Shown: positions 20,762 to 32,214, counted from the stretch's first letter. The stretch is 64,000 nucleotides of DNA from Candidatus Latescibacterota bacterium (GCA_965237675.1 OZ250150.1:2368001-2432000), one strand, 5' to 3'. Program-made: numbers and translations. Notes: generated by a model not told the origin, from the letters alone.

Positions 20762-21164
20762 GTCGTCTAAACTGTGTTGGAAGAAGCCCACGTCCGGACA
20801 AACGTGTTGTCCGGATGCGGGCCGGAAATTCTTCGAAAAGACGAAGATTCCTGCGCCTGTTCCGAACCGGGTGGATGGTGGAACGCCGCAATATATGGAA
20901 TCCGCGTGTCCGCTTCAACAGGAAATCGCGGCCAGCCTGCGCCTCCGCGATCTGCCAAAATGGCAGATCGCGCATTTTGGTGTGATCCGATCACATTCGA
21001 AACGGATTTCCAGGTCGGGATGCATTTTGTAAAATCATATATATCAATATGATATCCACGATAGACACTTTCAGGCACAATTGTTGCTGTTTTCAGGAGA
21101 CGTGTTTGGTCTGGCAACGAATTGGCGAATCGGGACGATTGACATACGAGAAGGAGCAGACCGG

Positions 21165-23669
21165 ATGTCGGATGAGACAACGTCAAAAAGCATCGAAGTG
21201 ATCGACCGGATGCACGTTCCCAGCGAGGTGCCCGTGTTGAGAAGCAGGGACGTGGTGATCTTTCCCTACATGTTGTCGCCGTTGTTTATCGAAAGTGAAC
21301 AGGCGATCCGGGCCGTGGATACCGCCGTGAACGGCGGACATCGGATCGTTGCGTTGTTCGGGCAGAAACCGGGTCCGGAAGACCGGGGAACCGAAACGGA
21401 GAACGACGCCGGCGACGAGGAACGTGAGATTCAGGCTGAAGACCTGTACCAGGTGGGTACGGCGGTACAGGTCGTGCGGACGCAACGAACGCCGGACAAC
21501 AAGCTGCAGGTTCTCGTCAACGGAATTGCCCGCGTGGGCCTGCAGGCGCTCGTCCAGACCACCCCCTATCCGCTGGCGCGGGTCAAGGTGCTGGAGGGAT
21601 GGGCGGAAAAGACGAACGAGTTGGAGGCGCTCTCCCAGAACGTGATGGGTCTGTTCAAGAAGGCCATGGAATTGTTGCCCAATGTGCCCAAAGAGCTGAT
21701 TGCGGCGCTGGATTCTCTGAGCGAACAGGAACAGAAGGCGGATTTCATCGCTTCACAGTTCAACCTGAGGTTCGAGGAGCGCCAGGAGGTATTGTCCGAA
21801 CTCAACCTTCGACTCAGGTTCGAGCTGATTCACAAGTTTCTGACCCGGGAGGTCGAGATACTGGAATTGCGCCAGAAGATCCAGAGCAGTGCGGCCGGAT
21901 CGATGGACGAGGCTCAGCGCGAGTATTTTCTGCGCCAGCAGCTCAAGGCCATTCGCGAGGAACTCGGCGAGGGCGAAGATGAGGCCGAAGAGGTCGAGGA
22001 GTTGTGGGAGAAGATCAAAGCCGCTGCCATGCCGGACGAGCCGCGAAAGGTCGCCGAGCGCGAGCTTTCGCGGATGGACAGGATGGCCCGCGAGTCCGCC
22101 GAATATACCGTGTCGCGGACCTATCTGGACTGGCTGGTGGAACTGCCATGGAGCAAATCGAGCGAGGATCGGATCGACGTCGACCGGGCGCAGAAGATCC
22201 TGGACGAGGATCACTATGGAATTGAGAAGCCCAAGGATCGAATTCTGGAGTATCTGGCGGTGCGGGGGCTGAAGAACGATATGCGCGGGCCGATTCTGTG
22301 CCTGGTGGGTCCGCCGGGTACGGGGAAGACATCGCTGGGCCGTTCCGTGGCGCGTGCCCTGGACCGCACCTTTGTCCGGATATCGCTGGGCGGCGTAAGG
22401 GACGAATCCGAGGTTAGAGGCCACCGGCGGACGTACGTCGGCGCATTACCGGGGCGGATTATCCAGGGTTTGCGCCGGGCGGGTAGGAATAATCCGGTTT
22501 TCATGCTGGACGAGATCGACAAATTGGGCGCCGATTTCAGGGGCGATCCGTCGGCGGCGCTGCTGGAGGTGCTGGACCCCGAGCAGAATTGCAGATTCGA
22601 GGATCATTATCTGGACGTGCCGTTCGATCTCTCGCAGGTGATGTTTATTGCCACCGCGAATACGCTGCATACGATTCCGCCCACGCTGCTGGATCGAATG
22701 GAGGTCCTGGAACTGCCGGGATATACCGAGCAGGAGAAGCTGCAGATCGCCCGCAGCTATCTGGTGCCCCGGCAGCTTGACGAGCACGGGTTGACGGCCA
22801 GGCGGCTGGAGATCGAGAACGACGCGCTATCCGGATTGATCCAATACTATACGTCCGAGGCCGGGTTGAGGAACCTGGAGCGGGCGGTGGGCACGCTGTG
22901 CCGGAAGGTGGCGCGCCGGTTCGCACAGGGTCGTAAACGAAAGGTGAGGGTGAAGACCGGGCACCTGCACGAATACCTGGGGCCCCGGCAGTTCCATCAC
23001 GAAATCGCCGAGGCCAATGACGAGGTCGGCGTAGCGGCGGGCCTGGCGGTGACGTCTGCAGGCGGGGACGTGATGTTCGTGGAGGCCACCCTGATGCCGG
23101 GCGCCGGGAATCTGAATCTGACGGGCCAGGTGGGCGACGTGATGAAGGAGTCCGTGCAGGCCGCGATGACGTACGTGCGTTCCCGGTGGGAGAGCCTGGG
23201 ATTGCCGGAGAAGTTCAGCGAAGACAAGGACGTGCACGTTCATGCGCCCGCGGGAGCGGTGCCAAAGGACGGCCCGTCGGCGGGCATTACGATGGCGGCC
23301 GTGCTGGCGTCGGTCTTTACGGGGCGGCCCGTTCGAAAGGACGTGGCGATGACCGGGGAGATCACGCTGCGCGGCAAAGTGCTGCCGGTCGGCGGCGTGC
23401 GGGACAAGATATTGGCCGCGCACCGCGCCGGCATCCGGACGGTGATCCTGCCGGAGCAAAACCGGAAGGACCTGGAGGAAGTGCCGGATACTATTCGCAA
23501 GGACGTTAAGCTGGTGTTCGCCGACCATATGGACAAGGTGCTGGATACCGCCCTGGTCAAAAAGCGACGGTCGGCGGGCAGGCACCGGCCTTCGGCCACA
23601 GGGAATCGATCATCGGTCCGTTCCGGCAGCCGTCGTCAGCCCGCCGTGACGGCGGACGGGGGTGAGTGA
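21165..23669 (+). CDS. lon: ATP-dependent Lon protease
   Basis: GPPGTGKTS, GHRRTYVGALPG, LDEIDK, PKDGPSAG; AAGGAG RBS before ATG 21165. Confidence 0.98.
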   Translation: MSDETTSKSIEVIDRMHVPSEVPVLRSRDVVIFPYMLSPLFIESEQAIRAVDTAVNGGHRIVALFGQKPGPEDRGTETENDAGDEEREIQAEDLYQVGTAVQVVRTQRTPDNKLQVLVNGIARVGLQALVQTTPYPLARVKVLEGWAEKTNELEALSQNVMGLFKKAMELLPNVPKELIAALDSLSEQEQKADFIASQFNLRFEERQEVLSELNLRLRFELIHKFLTREVEILELRQKIQSSAAGSMDEAQREYFLRQQLKAIREELGEGEDEAEEVEELWEKIKAAAMPDEPRKVAERELSRMDRMARESAEYTVSRTYLDWLVELPWSKSSEDRIDVDRAQKILDEDHYGIEKPKDRILEYLAVRGLKNDMRGPILCLVGPPGTGKTSLGRSVARALDRTFVRISLGGVRDESEVRGHRRTYVGALPGRIIQGLRRAGRNNPVFMLDEIDKLGADFRGDPSAALLEVLDPEQNCRFEDHYLDVPFDLSQVMFIATANTLHTIPPTLLDRMEVLELPGYTEQEKLQIARSYLVPRQLDEHGLTARRLEIENDALSGLIQYYTSEAGLRNLERAVGTLCRKVARRFAQGRKRKVRVKTGHLHEYLGPRQFHHEIAEANDEVGVAAGLAVTSAGGDVMFVEATLMPGAGNLNLTGQVGDVMKESVQAAMTYVRSRWESLGLPEKFSEDKDVHVHAPAGAVPKDGPSAGITMAAVLASVFTGRPVRKDVAMTGEITLRGKVLPVGGVRDKILAAHRAGIRTVILPEQNRKDLEEVPDTIRKDVKLVFADHMDKVLDTALVKKRRSAGRHRPSATGNRSSVRSGSRRQPAVTADGGE

Positions 23670-23706
23670 AAGTTCCGGGGGCGATTCCAGAAGGAATTCT
23701 TCAGAA

Positions 23707-23789
23707 AAGAGCAGGGTCGAGGTGCGCACGCGCGGCTTCGACCCTGCTCTTCGTTATACGATCGATCAGATGCGTTTGGTGATCGGGGG
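23707..23789. repeat. Boundary repeat A: GGGTCGA..TCGACCC hairpin (probable bidirectional terminator) plus rdx 3'-end remnant
   Basis: Stem aagagcagggtcga/tcgaccctgctctt (23707-23751), then tcagatgcgttt (minus strand ...PPITKRI*). Confidence 0.75.
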
Positions 23790-23841
23790 ATGTTGCTACC
23801 GAATATCTAAGGCGGGATACCGGGTGCTGAGGCGCGAGCGA

Positions 23842-26019
23842 TCAGCGGCCTATGGCGCGAACAACACGTCCCTGCTGGTCAACGACGTAGATCGGCTCCC
23901 GCGTGAGTCCGAGGCCGCACGTCAGCTCGGGCTCCGCTTGACCGGGCGGAGCTGCACCCCACATCCTTCGTTCGTCCGCGAGATCGAAATTCATGCCACT
24001 GCTCCAAACCTGTTCGGCGATGTCCTTCCCCCGCAGGCCCGTCAATTGTCCGCGAGGGTCGGTGACATATAGCGTATTCGGATCGAACTGCGCGGAATTG
24101 ACACCGGGGCCGGAGACCGCGGGCTGGTATGCGGCGATCTTCGCGCTTGCGTTGGCGCCGGGCAGGGTATATGGGTCTGCCTGGGAGACGTCGACGCCAT
24201 AGCCCAGATTGGCCAGGGACTGAACCGTGATCGCGCTCAGCGCGCCGCCCAGAGCCGACGGCGCCATGATTTCTCCCTCAAGCACGGAATATCTCCAGTG
24301 TACACCATTCATCTCCACCGGCACCTTCGCACCCGTGTAGTTCCGTCCGCTCGCGTCGTCAAAGGCGGCGATCGCCAGCGGACCGTTGAAGTGCGTGTCG
24401 CCCTCCCGATCCTGAAGCAAGCCGAGCTCGTCCCAGATGGTCCCGAATCCCAGCACATGCCCTATCTCGTGGAGCCCTACATTCAGCAGATCAGTCGATT
24501 GCATGTTGAAGGTCATGCATCCGACGACGGGCAGATGGGTCTCTCGCAATACTTGTGGACCACCCAACCCTAGGGGGCCGGATTCGTGGCTACCCGCATA
24601 GATTCGCAGGTCGTCTATCCGCTCCCCGGAGGAGATATCAAACGACTTATCGCCACATGCCTTCGACCAACCCTGAGTAAATTCATAATCCGGCAAGTCC
24701 TCTGTAATAATCGACATCCAGCGCCGAACCGTATATCGGAGCACATTTTTCTGGCCTTCAGTGAATTCGTCGAGAAAAACGAGTTCGATGTCGAAGTCGC
24801 CCTTTCGGAACGAGTCAACGTGTACCATAGCCCCGTTGTTCCTGAGGGAGGGAATATGTTGGTTGATGGAGGAGACGTTCAGGGGGTTTCCCCGAAGATC
24901 CAACTCTGTCAGGCGAGCCAAGCCTCTCAGCGTCGCTAAGTCCGTGATCCTGTTGAATCCAAGATTCAGGTCTGTCAGGCGGGTCAGGCGTCCCAGCGCG
25001 GACACATCCGTGATGTTGTTAGCTCTAAGGTCCAACTCTGTCAGGCTAGCTAAGTCCCCTAGTGCCGATATGTCCGAGATCCTGTTAAACGCAATCCCTA
25101 AGGTTTCCAAGTTGGTCAAGCGTCCGAGCGCCGACACGTCCGTGAGATCGTTGTCATTAAGCCGTAGGATTTTCAGGTTGGTCAAGCCGGAAAGTGCGGA
25201 CACGTCCGTGAGGTTGTTATGGTCAAGTTCCAACTCTGTCAGGTTGGCTAAGTTCCCCAGCGCCGATACGTCCGTGAGGTTGTTGATCCCAAGCCATAGG
25301 GTTTCCAGGTTGGTCAAGCCGGAGCCGGCAAGAGTCGACACGTCCACGCTCCTGTTGCCTCTAAGGTATAGCCTTTTCAGGTTAGCCAAGTCCCTCAGCG
25401 CCGATACATCCGTGATCCTGTTGAATCCAAGATTCAGGTCTGTCAGGTTGGTCAAGTCGGATAGTGCCGACACGTCCTTTAGGTTCTGATGGCTAAGATG
25501 CAGGAGTGTCAGGTTGGTTGCCGACTCCAGCCCCGTCAGATCGCTAATCCCGGGCCACTCCCAACCTGGCGCAATTAGAGAGTTCAAAGTCTTCATTTCA
25601 GCCACGGTGATTGGTGCGCCGGTGGCCTTGCCCAGGGCCGCCTCGATCGCCGCGCGCAGGTTGGCGTCGGGGATCGTGACGACCGGAGAAGGGACATCTT
25701 TGCCAAAGTTTTGTGCGAAGATCACAAAGTCCGAAAACCCGATCTCGCCATCGCCATTCAGATCATATTTCGCTTCGTACTTCTCGTCGCTCTCACTTGA
25801 TCCGAACACGCCCGCGAAGATCAGAAAATCGCCAAATCCAATTGTCCCGTCACCGTCAAAGTCTGGAATAGACGCGGTATCGCCGCTGTTGGCATCAACA
25901 ACGGTGATCGTCTGTGTTGTCGCGCGATCATCGTTTGCGTTGGAACCCATTGGCGCGTGACACACGAATGCCAGCAGTGCAAGGGCGGCACTGAACATAA
26001 TACCATTTTGCGATGGCAT
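23842..26019 (-). CDS. Secreted protein: dockerin-like twin EF-hand, internalin-type LRRs and leishmanolysin (M8)-like metalloprotease
   Basis: Signal peptide; DFDGDGTIGFGDF / DLNGDGEIGFSDF; 22-aa LRRs; HEIGHVLGFG...HW...EIM. Confidence 0.85.
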   Translation of the reverse strand: MPSQNGIMFSAALALLAFVCHAPMGSNANDDRATTQTITVVDANSGDTASIPDFDGDGTIGFGDFLIFAGVFGSSESDEKYEAKYDLNGDGEIGFSDFVIFAQNFGKDVPSPVVTIPDANLRAAIEAALGKATGAPITVAEMKTLNSLIAPGWEWPGISDLTGLESATNLTLLHLSHQNLKDVSALSDLTNLTDLNLGFNRITDVSALRDLANLKRLYLRGNRSVDVSTLAGSGLTNLETLWLGINNLTDVSALGNLANLTELELDHNNLTDVSALSGLTNLKILRLNDNDLTDVSALGRLTNLETLGIAFNRISDISALGDLASLTELDLRANNITDVSALGRLTRLTDLNLGFNRITDLATLRGLARLTELDLRGNPLNVSSINQHIPSLRNNGAMVHVDSFRKGDFDIELVFLDEFTEGQKNVLRYTVRRWMSIITEDLPDYEFTQGWSKACGDKSFDISSGERIDDLRIYAGSHESGPLGLGGPQVLRETHLPVVGCMTFNMQSTDLLNVGLHEIGHVLGFGTIWDELGLLQDREGDTHFNGPLAIAAFDDASGRNYTGAKVPVEMNGVHWRYSVLEGEIMAPSALGGALSAITVQSLANLGYGVDVSQADPYTLPGANASAKIAAYQPAVSGPGVNSAQFDPNTLYVTDPRGQLTGLRGKDIAEQVWSSGMNFDLADERRMWGAAPPGQAEPELTCGLGLTREPIYVVDQQGRVVRAIGR

Positions 26020-26270
26020 TTACCGGTCTCCTGGCTATCGGTGATGACAGATCGCCTCTGCGATTTTAATCAAAAACTGCACCTGCCAAAAGCGCAATCT
26101 GTTTTGTGCGATGCTCTAATGTACAATATCAATCAAGAATGTACCACATATTGCTGATGCCAGTCAATACCCGAAATTTGCCCCACCGTTCACAATTTGT
26201 CCCGGATTCCACATTTTTGCGACATGGCCGCATTTGTTGTTGGGTACACGACGCTCAATTGGGGATGGGC
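26020..26270 (-). promoter_or_regulatory. Conserved leader with candidate sigma70 promoter
   Basis: Homologous to 28801-29030. Minus strand has TTGACT (26162-26167), 18 bp, TG-extended TACATT (26138-26143), and an AGGAG RBS. Confidence 0.55.
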
Positions 26271-26385
26271 TCGATGGAGTCCCGCGCCACCGCGAAGGCC
26301 GACTCCACCGTCGGCGTCGTCCGCCTCCCCGCTTTTGAACGGCTCCCCCTGCGGTCCGATTACCATGACGTGAATTTGGTGGGCC

Positions 26386-28800
26386 TCAAAATGGCTCGCC
26401 CCCATAATACCAGCGATTGATTACTTCATCGGCGGCTTCTGCAAAGCCGGGAGAGGCATCCTCAACAAAGGCTTTTCGCACGTAGCACACGCCCCTCTCC
26501 ACGCCCGTGCACTCATCATCATGTTCGAGATTGCTCATCTTCAGGTACAGACTTCCGAAGCCTTTCCGAAATTCCGTGTCTCCCAAGCGGTTATACAAGG
26601 CCGCGAATAGGCCAAATCCCATGTTGTAATTGCATGACGACCTATAGAGGGCCGCACCTTCGAGGCTCTTATCAGGGCTGGCAGTATACGTCTTCTGGTC
26701 CAACTCTCCTATGGTGTCGAACAGACTGCAGTCGGTGTCGCTGGGCGAAGCCGGGACTTGATCTATCCCCTCCAAGTCTGTGGCAGGATTTCCCATAAAT
26801 GTGGCAGCCCCTTCTGCAATCCAGGTGAATGGCGTGAAAGTAATCCCTTTTGAATACGCGGCTTGCCACCACGCGGATGGAATGCTCCAGTAATTGTGAG
26901 CAAGCTCGTGGGCGAGAAGATCGATATCTTCCTCGTATCCGGTGTGAAGCGTAACGATCCCATTTCCAGCGCTTGCTCTTGGCCCCCCCTCGTAATCCAC
27001 GTTGAATATGACCGCCATGTTGTAGGGGTAGGCCACATTCATGAAAGCCTCCTGTTGACGGAGTATTTCTTCCAGTATGTCCATTGTGCGGAATGTGCCG
27101 GGAGTGATGCGGATAATCATCAAGGTCGTTTCCCCGGTTAGGGGAAGCGCTATTGTCCGCTCTTGCAGATACACCTGATCGGGGTCCAATAGAATAAGTC
27201 GACTTTCCACATTTTCCGGCGAGAATCTGGCAATCCGCCAAAGCCCCGCTAAAATCACGGTGTCCTTGTCCGTGATGCCTCCACTCAATGAAGGGTGGTC
27301 CAGAACCTGTTGCAGATAGCGCCCGTCCATCTGACGGTCCAGGAAGTTCAGACAGCGCACTGCATAGTAATCGAGAGTTTCGAACGTATCAATAAAAGGC
27401 ATTCTTAAAATTCGCAAGGTGGATTCAACGCTGAACTCTCTTCCCCATCTGCTGGCCATGCCGACCAGCTCTTCAATCATAAAGGCTTCGTCCGCAGTTA
27501 GTCCGTCTCTGATCCAGAGTTTCTCCAGCAAAGCCGAGAACACTTCGTCGGTACGCAGCGCCGCCTTAGTCAAGGTCGAAACGCCGTAGGACTCGGATTC
27601 GCTGACGCCATCCTGGATCCAGGACAACGCCGCCAGGGCAGCGTATTCTTCAGGGTTTTGGGCCCCCACTTCCTCCAACAGCTTTTCGACTCTCGAGTTG
27701 TCCCAGACCGTCACCACGCTGGAGCCGGAGCAGTTGTTTCGGGTATTGCTCTCGCCTGTAACGGTCGCCACACAAGCGCCGTAGTAGTAGGCGCCCTCAA
27801 TCGACGGGGCGGTCAGGCTGATCGACTCGGCACTGGCGCCAGACGCCGCAAGGCTACTTACGGCACCGCTGTCAACCAGCGTATCCTGCAAGGAAATCGT
27901 CCGGTTGGTCGAGCGGTAGTACCGCAAGGTCGCGGCCGCCGCCGCACCCGCGCCCTGGTTGCGTACCGTAGCACTCAACGTGAAGGATTGCCCCGGGGTC
28001 AGGGTGCTGTCGCTGACCGAGGGCGATTCAACTATCAAATCGGGGCTACTGGGAGGCGGAGAGGGGGTAAAAGAAACACGGACCCCCCTTGCCTGGAGCG
28101 TCGGGACGTGGGTGCTCAGGGATTCAGCGTTCAGTGGGTTGTCAGTGACGTCAACGGTACCTCCCGCGCCCAACCCCGTGTTCGTCGCCAGGCCAGCGAG
28201 GTCGGTAATGTTATTGCTTGAAAGGATCAGGTGTGTCAAGTTCGTCAAATCTGCCAGGACTGATACGTTCGTAATGCCGTTGGAAGCAAGATCCAGCCAC
28301 GTCAGATTGACGGCAAACTCCAGCCCTGTCAGATCGGTGATGTCCGCATCGCTGGCTGCGAGACTGTCCAACGTCGCCATTTCGGCCTGCGTGATCGGGG
28401 CGTCGCTATCCTTATTGAGGGCTGATTCGATCGCTGTACGGAGGTTGGGATCAGGGATGGCGACGACCGGAGACGGCACCTCTTTGCCGAAGTTCTGCGC
28501 AAAGATCACGAAGTCCGAAAAATCGATCTCACCATCGCCATTCAGATCAACCCGGGCGTCGTACTCTTCATCACCATGGCGCGCTCCGAACACCCCAGCG
28601 AAGATCACAAAGTCGCCAAATCCAATTGTCCCGTCACCGTCAAAGTCTGGAATAGACGCGGTATCGCCGCCGTTGGCTTTGACGCTGATCGCAAGTGCTG
28701 ACACATCGCCATCGCTTGCATCGGAACCCATAGCGGCGTGAAACACGATTGCCAGCAGCGCAAGGGCGGCACTGAACATTATTCTATATCGCGATGGCAT
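26386..28800 (-). CDS. Secreted protein: dockerin-like twin EF-hand, short LRR, CARDB and gluzincin (M1-like) metalloprotease
   Basis: Same N-terminal module; 'PDLIVESPSVSD...TVRNQG...YYYGACV' CARDB; HELAHNYW...WIAEGAATF. Confidence 0.85.
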   Translation of the reverse strand: MPSRYRIMFSAALALLAIVFHAAMGSDASDGDVSALAISVKANGGDTASIPDFDGDGTIGFGDFVIFAGVFGARHGDEEYDARVDLNGDGEIDFSDFVIFAQNFGKEVPSPVVAIPDPNLRTAIESALNKDSDAPITQAEMATLDSLAASDADITDLTGLEFAVNLTWLDLASNGITNVSVLADLTNLTHLILSSNNITDLAGLATNTGLGAGGTVDVTDNPLNAESLSTHVPTLQARGVRVSFTPSPPPSSPDLIVESPSVSDSTLTPGQSFTLSATVRNQGAGAAAAATLRYYRSTNRTISLQDTLVDSGAVSSLAASGASAESISLTAPSIEGAYYYGACVATVTGESNTRNNCSGSSVVTVWDNSRVEKLLEEVGAQNPEEYAALAALSWIQDGVSESESYGVSTLTKAALRTDEVFSALLEKLWIRDGLTADEAFMIEELVGMASRWGREFSVESTLRILRMPFIDTFETLDYYAVRCLNFLDRQMDGRYLQQVLDHPSLSGGITDKDTVILAGLWRIARFSPENVESRLILLDPDQVYLQERTIALPLTGETTLMIIRITPGTFRTMDILEEILRQQEAFMNVAYPYNMAVIFNVDYEGGPRASAGNGIVTLHTGYEEDIDLLAHELAHNYWSIPSAWWQAAYSKGITFTPFTWIAEGAATFMGNPATDLEGIDQVPASPSDTDCSLFDTIGELDQKTYTASPDKSLEGAALYRSSCNYNMGFGLFAALYNRLGDTEFRKGFGSLYLKMSNLEHDDECTGVERGVCYVRKAFVEDASPGFAEAADEVINRWYYGGEPF

Positions 28801-29030
28801 TTACCGGTCTCCTGGCTATCGGTGTTGACAGATCGCTCCTGCTATTCCGACTAAGAATAGTACCTGTCCTAAGCGCAATCTGATTTGTGTGATCCTCTAA
28901 TGTGCGATATTTATCAAGAATGTATTACATGTTGCTGATGCCATTCGACACCCGAAATTTGCCCCGTTATCCTTTTTTTGACACGACCGCATCTGGCGTT
29001 GTGCGAACCACGCTCAATTGGGAATGGGAC
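28801..29030 (-). promoter_or_regulatory. Second copy of the conserved leader
   Basis: ttaccggtctcctggctatcggtg identical to copy 1; TACATT -10 retained at 28919-28924. Confidence 0.55.
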
Positions 29031-29164
29031 TCGCCGCGGTCGGCTCGGCAGCGAATCGTTGAACGGTCTCGCATTCAGCCGGCAGGGGACCGTGACCGAC
29101 TACAAGGGCGGGTCGGGACGAGTGAGATTGTCAGGGGTAGCTGAGTGAGGAAGTCCGGGGAACA

Positions 29165-29254
29165 AAGAAGGGTCGAGGCGCGCGGCTTCGAACCTTCTTC
29201 AAGTTGTACGATACATCAGATGCGTTTTCCAGTTTTGGGCTGGATTGCTTCGTA
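29165..29254. repeat. Boundary repeat B: hairpin plus rdx 3'-end remnant
   Basis: aagaagggtcga/tcgaaccttctt stem; 29216-29254 minus strand encodes YEAIQPKTGKRI* versus rdx YEEIQPQIAKRI*. Confidence 0.8.
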
Positions 29255-29298
29255 ATTCGAGGCGCTATCCGGATTTTGCGGTACGGAATCGCGTGGGG

Positions 29299-31555
29299 TC
29301 ATTGACCGATGGTACGAACAACACGTCCCTGCGGGTCAACCACGTAGATGGGTTCATTTATTAAGGCGGCGCCGCACGTCAGCTCGGGCTCCGCGGATGC
29401 AGGTGGCGCTGTACCCCACATCTGTCGTTCGTCCGCGAGATCGATATTCATGCCACGGCCCCAAACCCGTTCAGCGCTTTCCAGCCGACCCGTCGGGCCG
29501 TCGTCTCCGAAAATCGACGGGAAGCCACCGGCGATCCCCCCTTGTCCGTACAGTTCGGCGCCGTCAAGGCCGTCAGGATGTGCCCACGTGACATCGAGAA
29601 CAGAGCCGAGGGCCGAGGGCTGGTATGAAGTGATCTTTGCGACTGCCTTACCGGCGTTGGCACCTGGCAGGGTATACGGGTCAGCCTGCGTGACATCCAC
29701 GCCATAGCCGAGATCGGCGAGGGACTGAACCGTGATCGCGCTCAGCGACACTCAGCTTTGTGGCCCCGTCACTTCGCCCTTTAGTACCGAATACCTCCAG
29801 TGCGACCCATCCATCCGCTTGACCGGCACCTTCCTGCCCGCGTAGTCCCTTCCGCCCGCGTCGTCAAATGCTGCAATCGCCAGTGGACCGCTGAAGTGCG
29901 TGTCCGCATTGGGATCGTCCCGCGACAGGTTTTTTGAGGTAGCCGAACTCGTTCCATACCGTACCTGTAAATCCCAAGACGTGCCCTATCTCGTGAAGTC
30001 CGGTATTCATCAAATAAGGCCCAGTCAGGTCGAACGACATGCATCCCAATACAGGTAAACGGTTCTCCTCGCGTAACAGGCTTGGGCCGCCGTACCCTAC
30101 GGCTGAGCCTCCTACGAAGGAGCTCAGATAGATCCGCAGGTCGTCTATCCGCTCACCGGAGGGAATTTCGTAAGACTGACCGCCGCAGGTACCGGACCAG
30201 CCTTGGGTGAATTCAAAGTCCGGCAGGTCTTTCGTAATAACCGCCATCCAGCGCCGGGCCACGTATCGAAACACATTCTTCTGTGCTTCATTGAAATCGT
30301 CGGAAAAAACGAGTTCGATATCGAACTCGCCCTTTCGGAACCGGTCGAAGCTTACCCTAACCCCGCGGCGTTCAAGGGCAGGGATATAATCGTTGATGGA
30401 GGAGTCGCTAAGGGGATTTGCCCGGAGATCCAGATTTGTCAGGTTGGTTAAGCTGGCCAACGCCGACATGTCTGTGATGTTGTTGAAGTCAAGACCCAGA
30501 TATCTCAGATTGGTGAAGCTGGCCAGCGTCGATACATCGGTGATGGCGTTGCGATTAAGGCTCAGCGTTATCAGGTTGGTCAATCCGGACAACGCTGACA
30601 CATCCGTGATGTTGTTATAGCCAAGACTCAGGGATACCAGGTCGGTCATACTCCCCAGCACTGACATCTGCGTCGACACGTCCGTGATGTTGTTAAAGTC
30701 AAGACCCAGATATCTCAGATTGGGGAGGCTGGCCAGCGTCGATACATCGGTGATGGCGTTGAACCCAAGATTCAGGCTTGTCAGGTTGGTCAACCCCGCC
30801 AGCGCCGATATATCCGCGATTCCGGTGGCGCCAAGAATCAGGGTTGTCAGGTTGGTCAAGCCCCTTAGCCACGATGCCAACATGGATAGGTCCGTGATGG
30901 GATTGCCCGAAAGCTGTAGCACTATCAGGTTGGTCAAGCCTGAAAGCGGCGATATGTCCGTGATGGCGTTGTACACAAGCTCCAGTTTTGTCAGGTTGGT
31001 CAAACCGGAGAGCGCCGATACGTCCGTGATGTTGTTGTAGCTAAGGTCCAGGAATGTCAGGTTGGTGGCCGACTCCAGCCCGGTTAGATCGCTTACGGCC
31101 GCAAATGACGCGTAGAGCCGCGTTAAGGTCCTCATTTCAATCTGTGTGATTGGTGCGCCGTTGGCCTTGTCCAAGGCAGCCTCGATCGCCGCTCGCAGGT
31201 TGGCGTCGGGGATGGTGACCTCCGGGGAGGGTACGTCTTTGCCGAAGTTCTGCGCAAAGATCACAAAGTCCGAAAACCCGATCTCCCCATCGCCATTCAG
31301 ATCATACGTGGCGTCGTACTTCTCGTCACCCTGGTGCGCTCCGAACACGCCCGCGAAGATGACAAAGTCGCCAAAGCCGATGGTCCCGTCGCCGTCAAAG
31401 TCTGGAATAGACGCGGTATCGTCGGCGTTTGTATCAGCGGTGACAGCATTGGTTGCTGTGGGATCAATGTTTGCATTGGAACCTGTCGCGGCGTGACATA
31501 CAGATGCCAGCAGCACAATGGCGGCAAAACAAATCATGTTTTTTCGTGAAGCCAT
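29299..31555 (-). pseudogene. Paralogue of 23842-26019 (EF-hand, LRR, M8-like protease), inactivated
   Basis: Extra base in the T6 run 29930-29935, in-frame TGA at 29752-29754, and Met-turn M->T; the three pieces join into one protein collinear with the paralogue. Confidence 0.85.
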
Positions 31556-32003
31556 TTTTCTAACCCTTCCCATCATGATCTCCAAACCCCGTTTCCGCCT
31601 GATTCAATTTCACTAAACCGGGATGGCATGTTGTATCGCTGCAATATGACCGGTCAGAGATGCTATTCTTGCTGCAGGACGAATTGTGTCCTGTCAAAAT
31701 ACGCAATATGCCGCCGGCGTTCAATGCAGGATATTTGTCGTAGCGTGCTAAATTTGTCCTGGATTCTGCCTTTTACGTTGTATTCAGGGAAGTGAGGTAT
31801 CGTTTATCGCGACCGGACCGAGGGGCGGGGGTAGGATGGTAGACGGTGTCGCGTTTGGCGCTATGAGCACACCGCCCAGACTTGGCCATGAAGCGGAGGC
31901 GTCAATATGGCAGGTAATGTCGGATGGAAGCTGAAATCTGGCAGTTGGTCGCGGTTTGGAGTCGTCGAGGATGCCAGGGGAATGCGGTTAAGGGAGGTTG
32001 AGG

Positions 32004-32049
32004 AAGACAGACGGTCGGGAGCACTGAATTGGGGCTTCGACCCTGTCTT
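32004..32049. repeat. Boundary repeat C hairpin (degenerate)
   Basis: aagacag(ac)ggtcgg...ggcttcgaccctgtctt. Confidence 0.6.
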
Positions 32050-32067
32050 TAGCGCACGATTGCGATA

Positions 32068-32214
32068 TTACGATTGGAGTTGGATTTCTTCGCACTCGGG
32101 AAGCGGCTTTCCTTGGGCTTGGAGAAGGCAAGTTCGCCGTCGATCGTGACATCACAACGTCCGCCGCCCAAAGGAATGAGTGTGAAGGCCTGGATATCCT
32201 GTTTGAATTCTCAC
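32068..32214 (-). pseudogene. Degenerate 3' two-thirds of an Rdx/SelW-like gene
   Basis: EFKQDIQAFTLIPLGGGRCDVTIDGELAFSKPKESR versus intact EFKQDIEAFTLIPAGGGRFEVTVDGELAFSKIKEGR; 1-nt deletion near the end; CxxU region missing. Confidence 0.85.

Noticed and set aside
29752-29754. In-frame TGA as selenocysteine
   Set aside because: It aligns to a Gly-rich position, not Cys, in the paralogue, and the gene already has an upstream frameshift.
29930-29935. A6 tract as a phase-variation switch
   Set aside because: The tract is short, and restoring the frame still hits a downstream stop and a mutated Met-turn.
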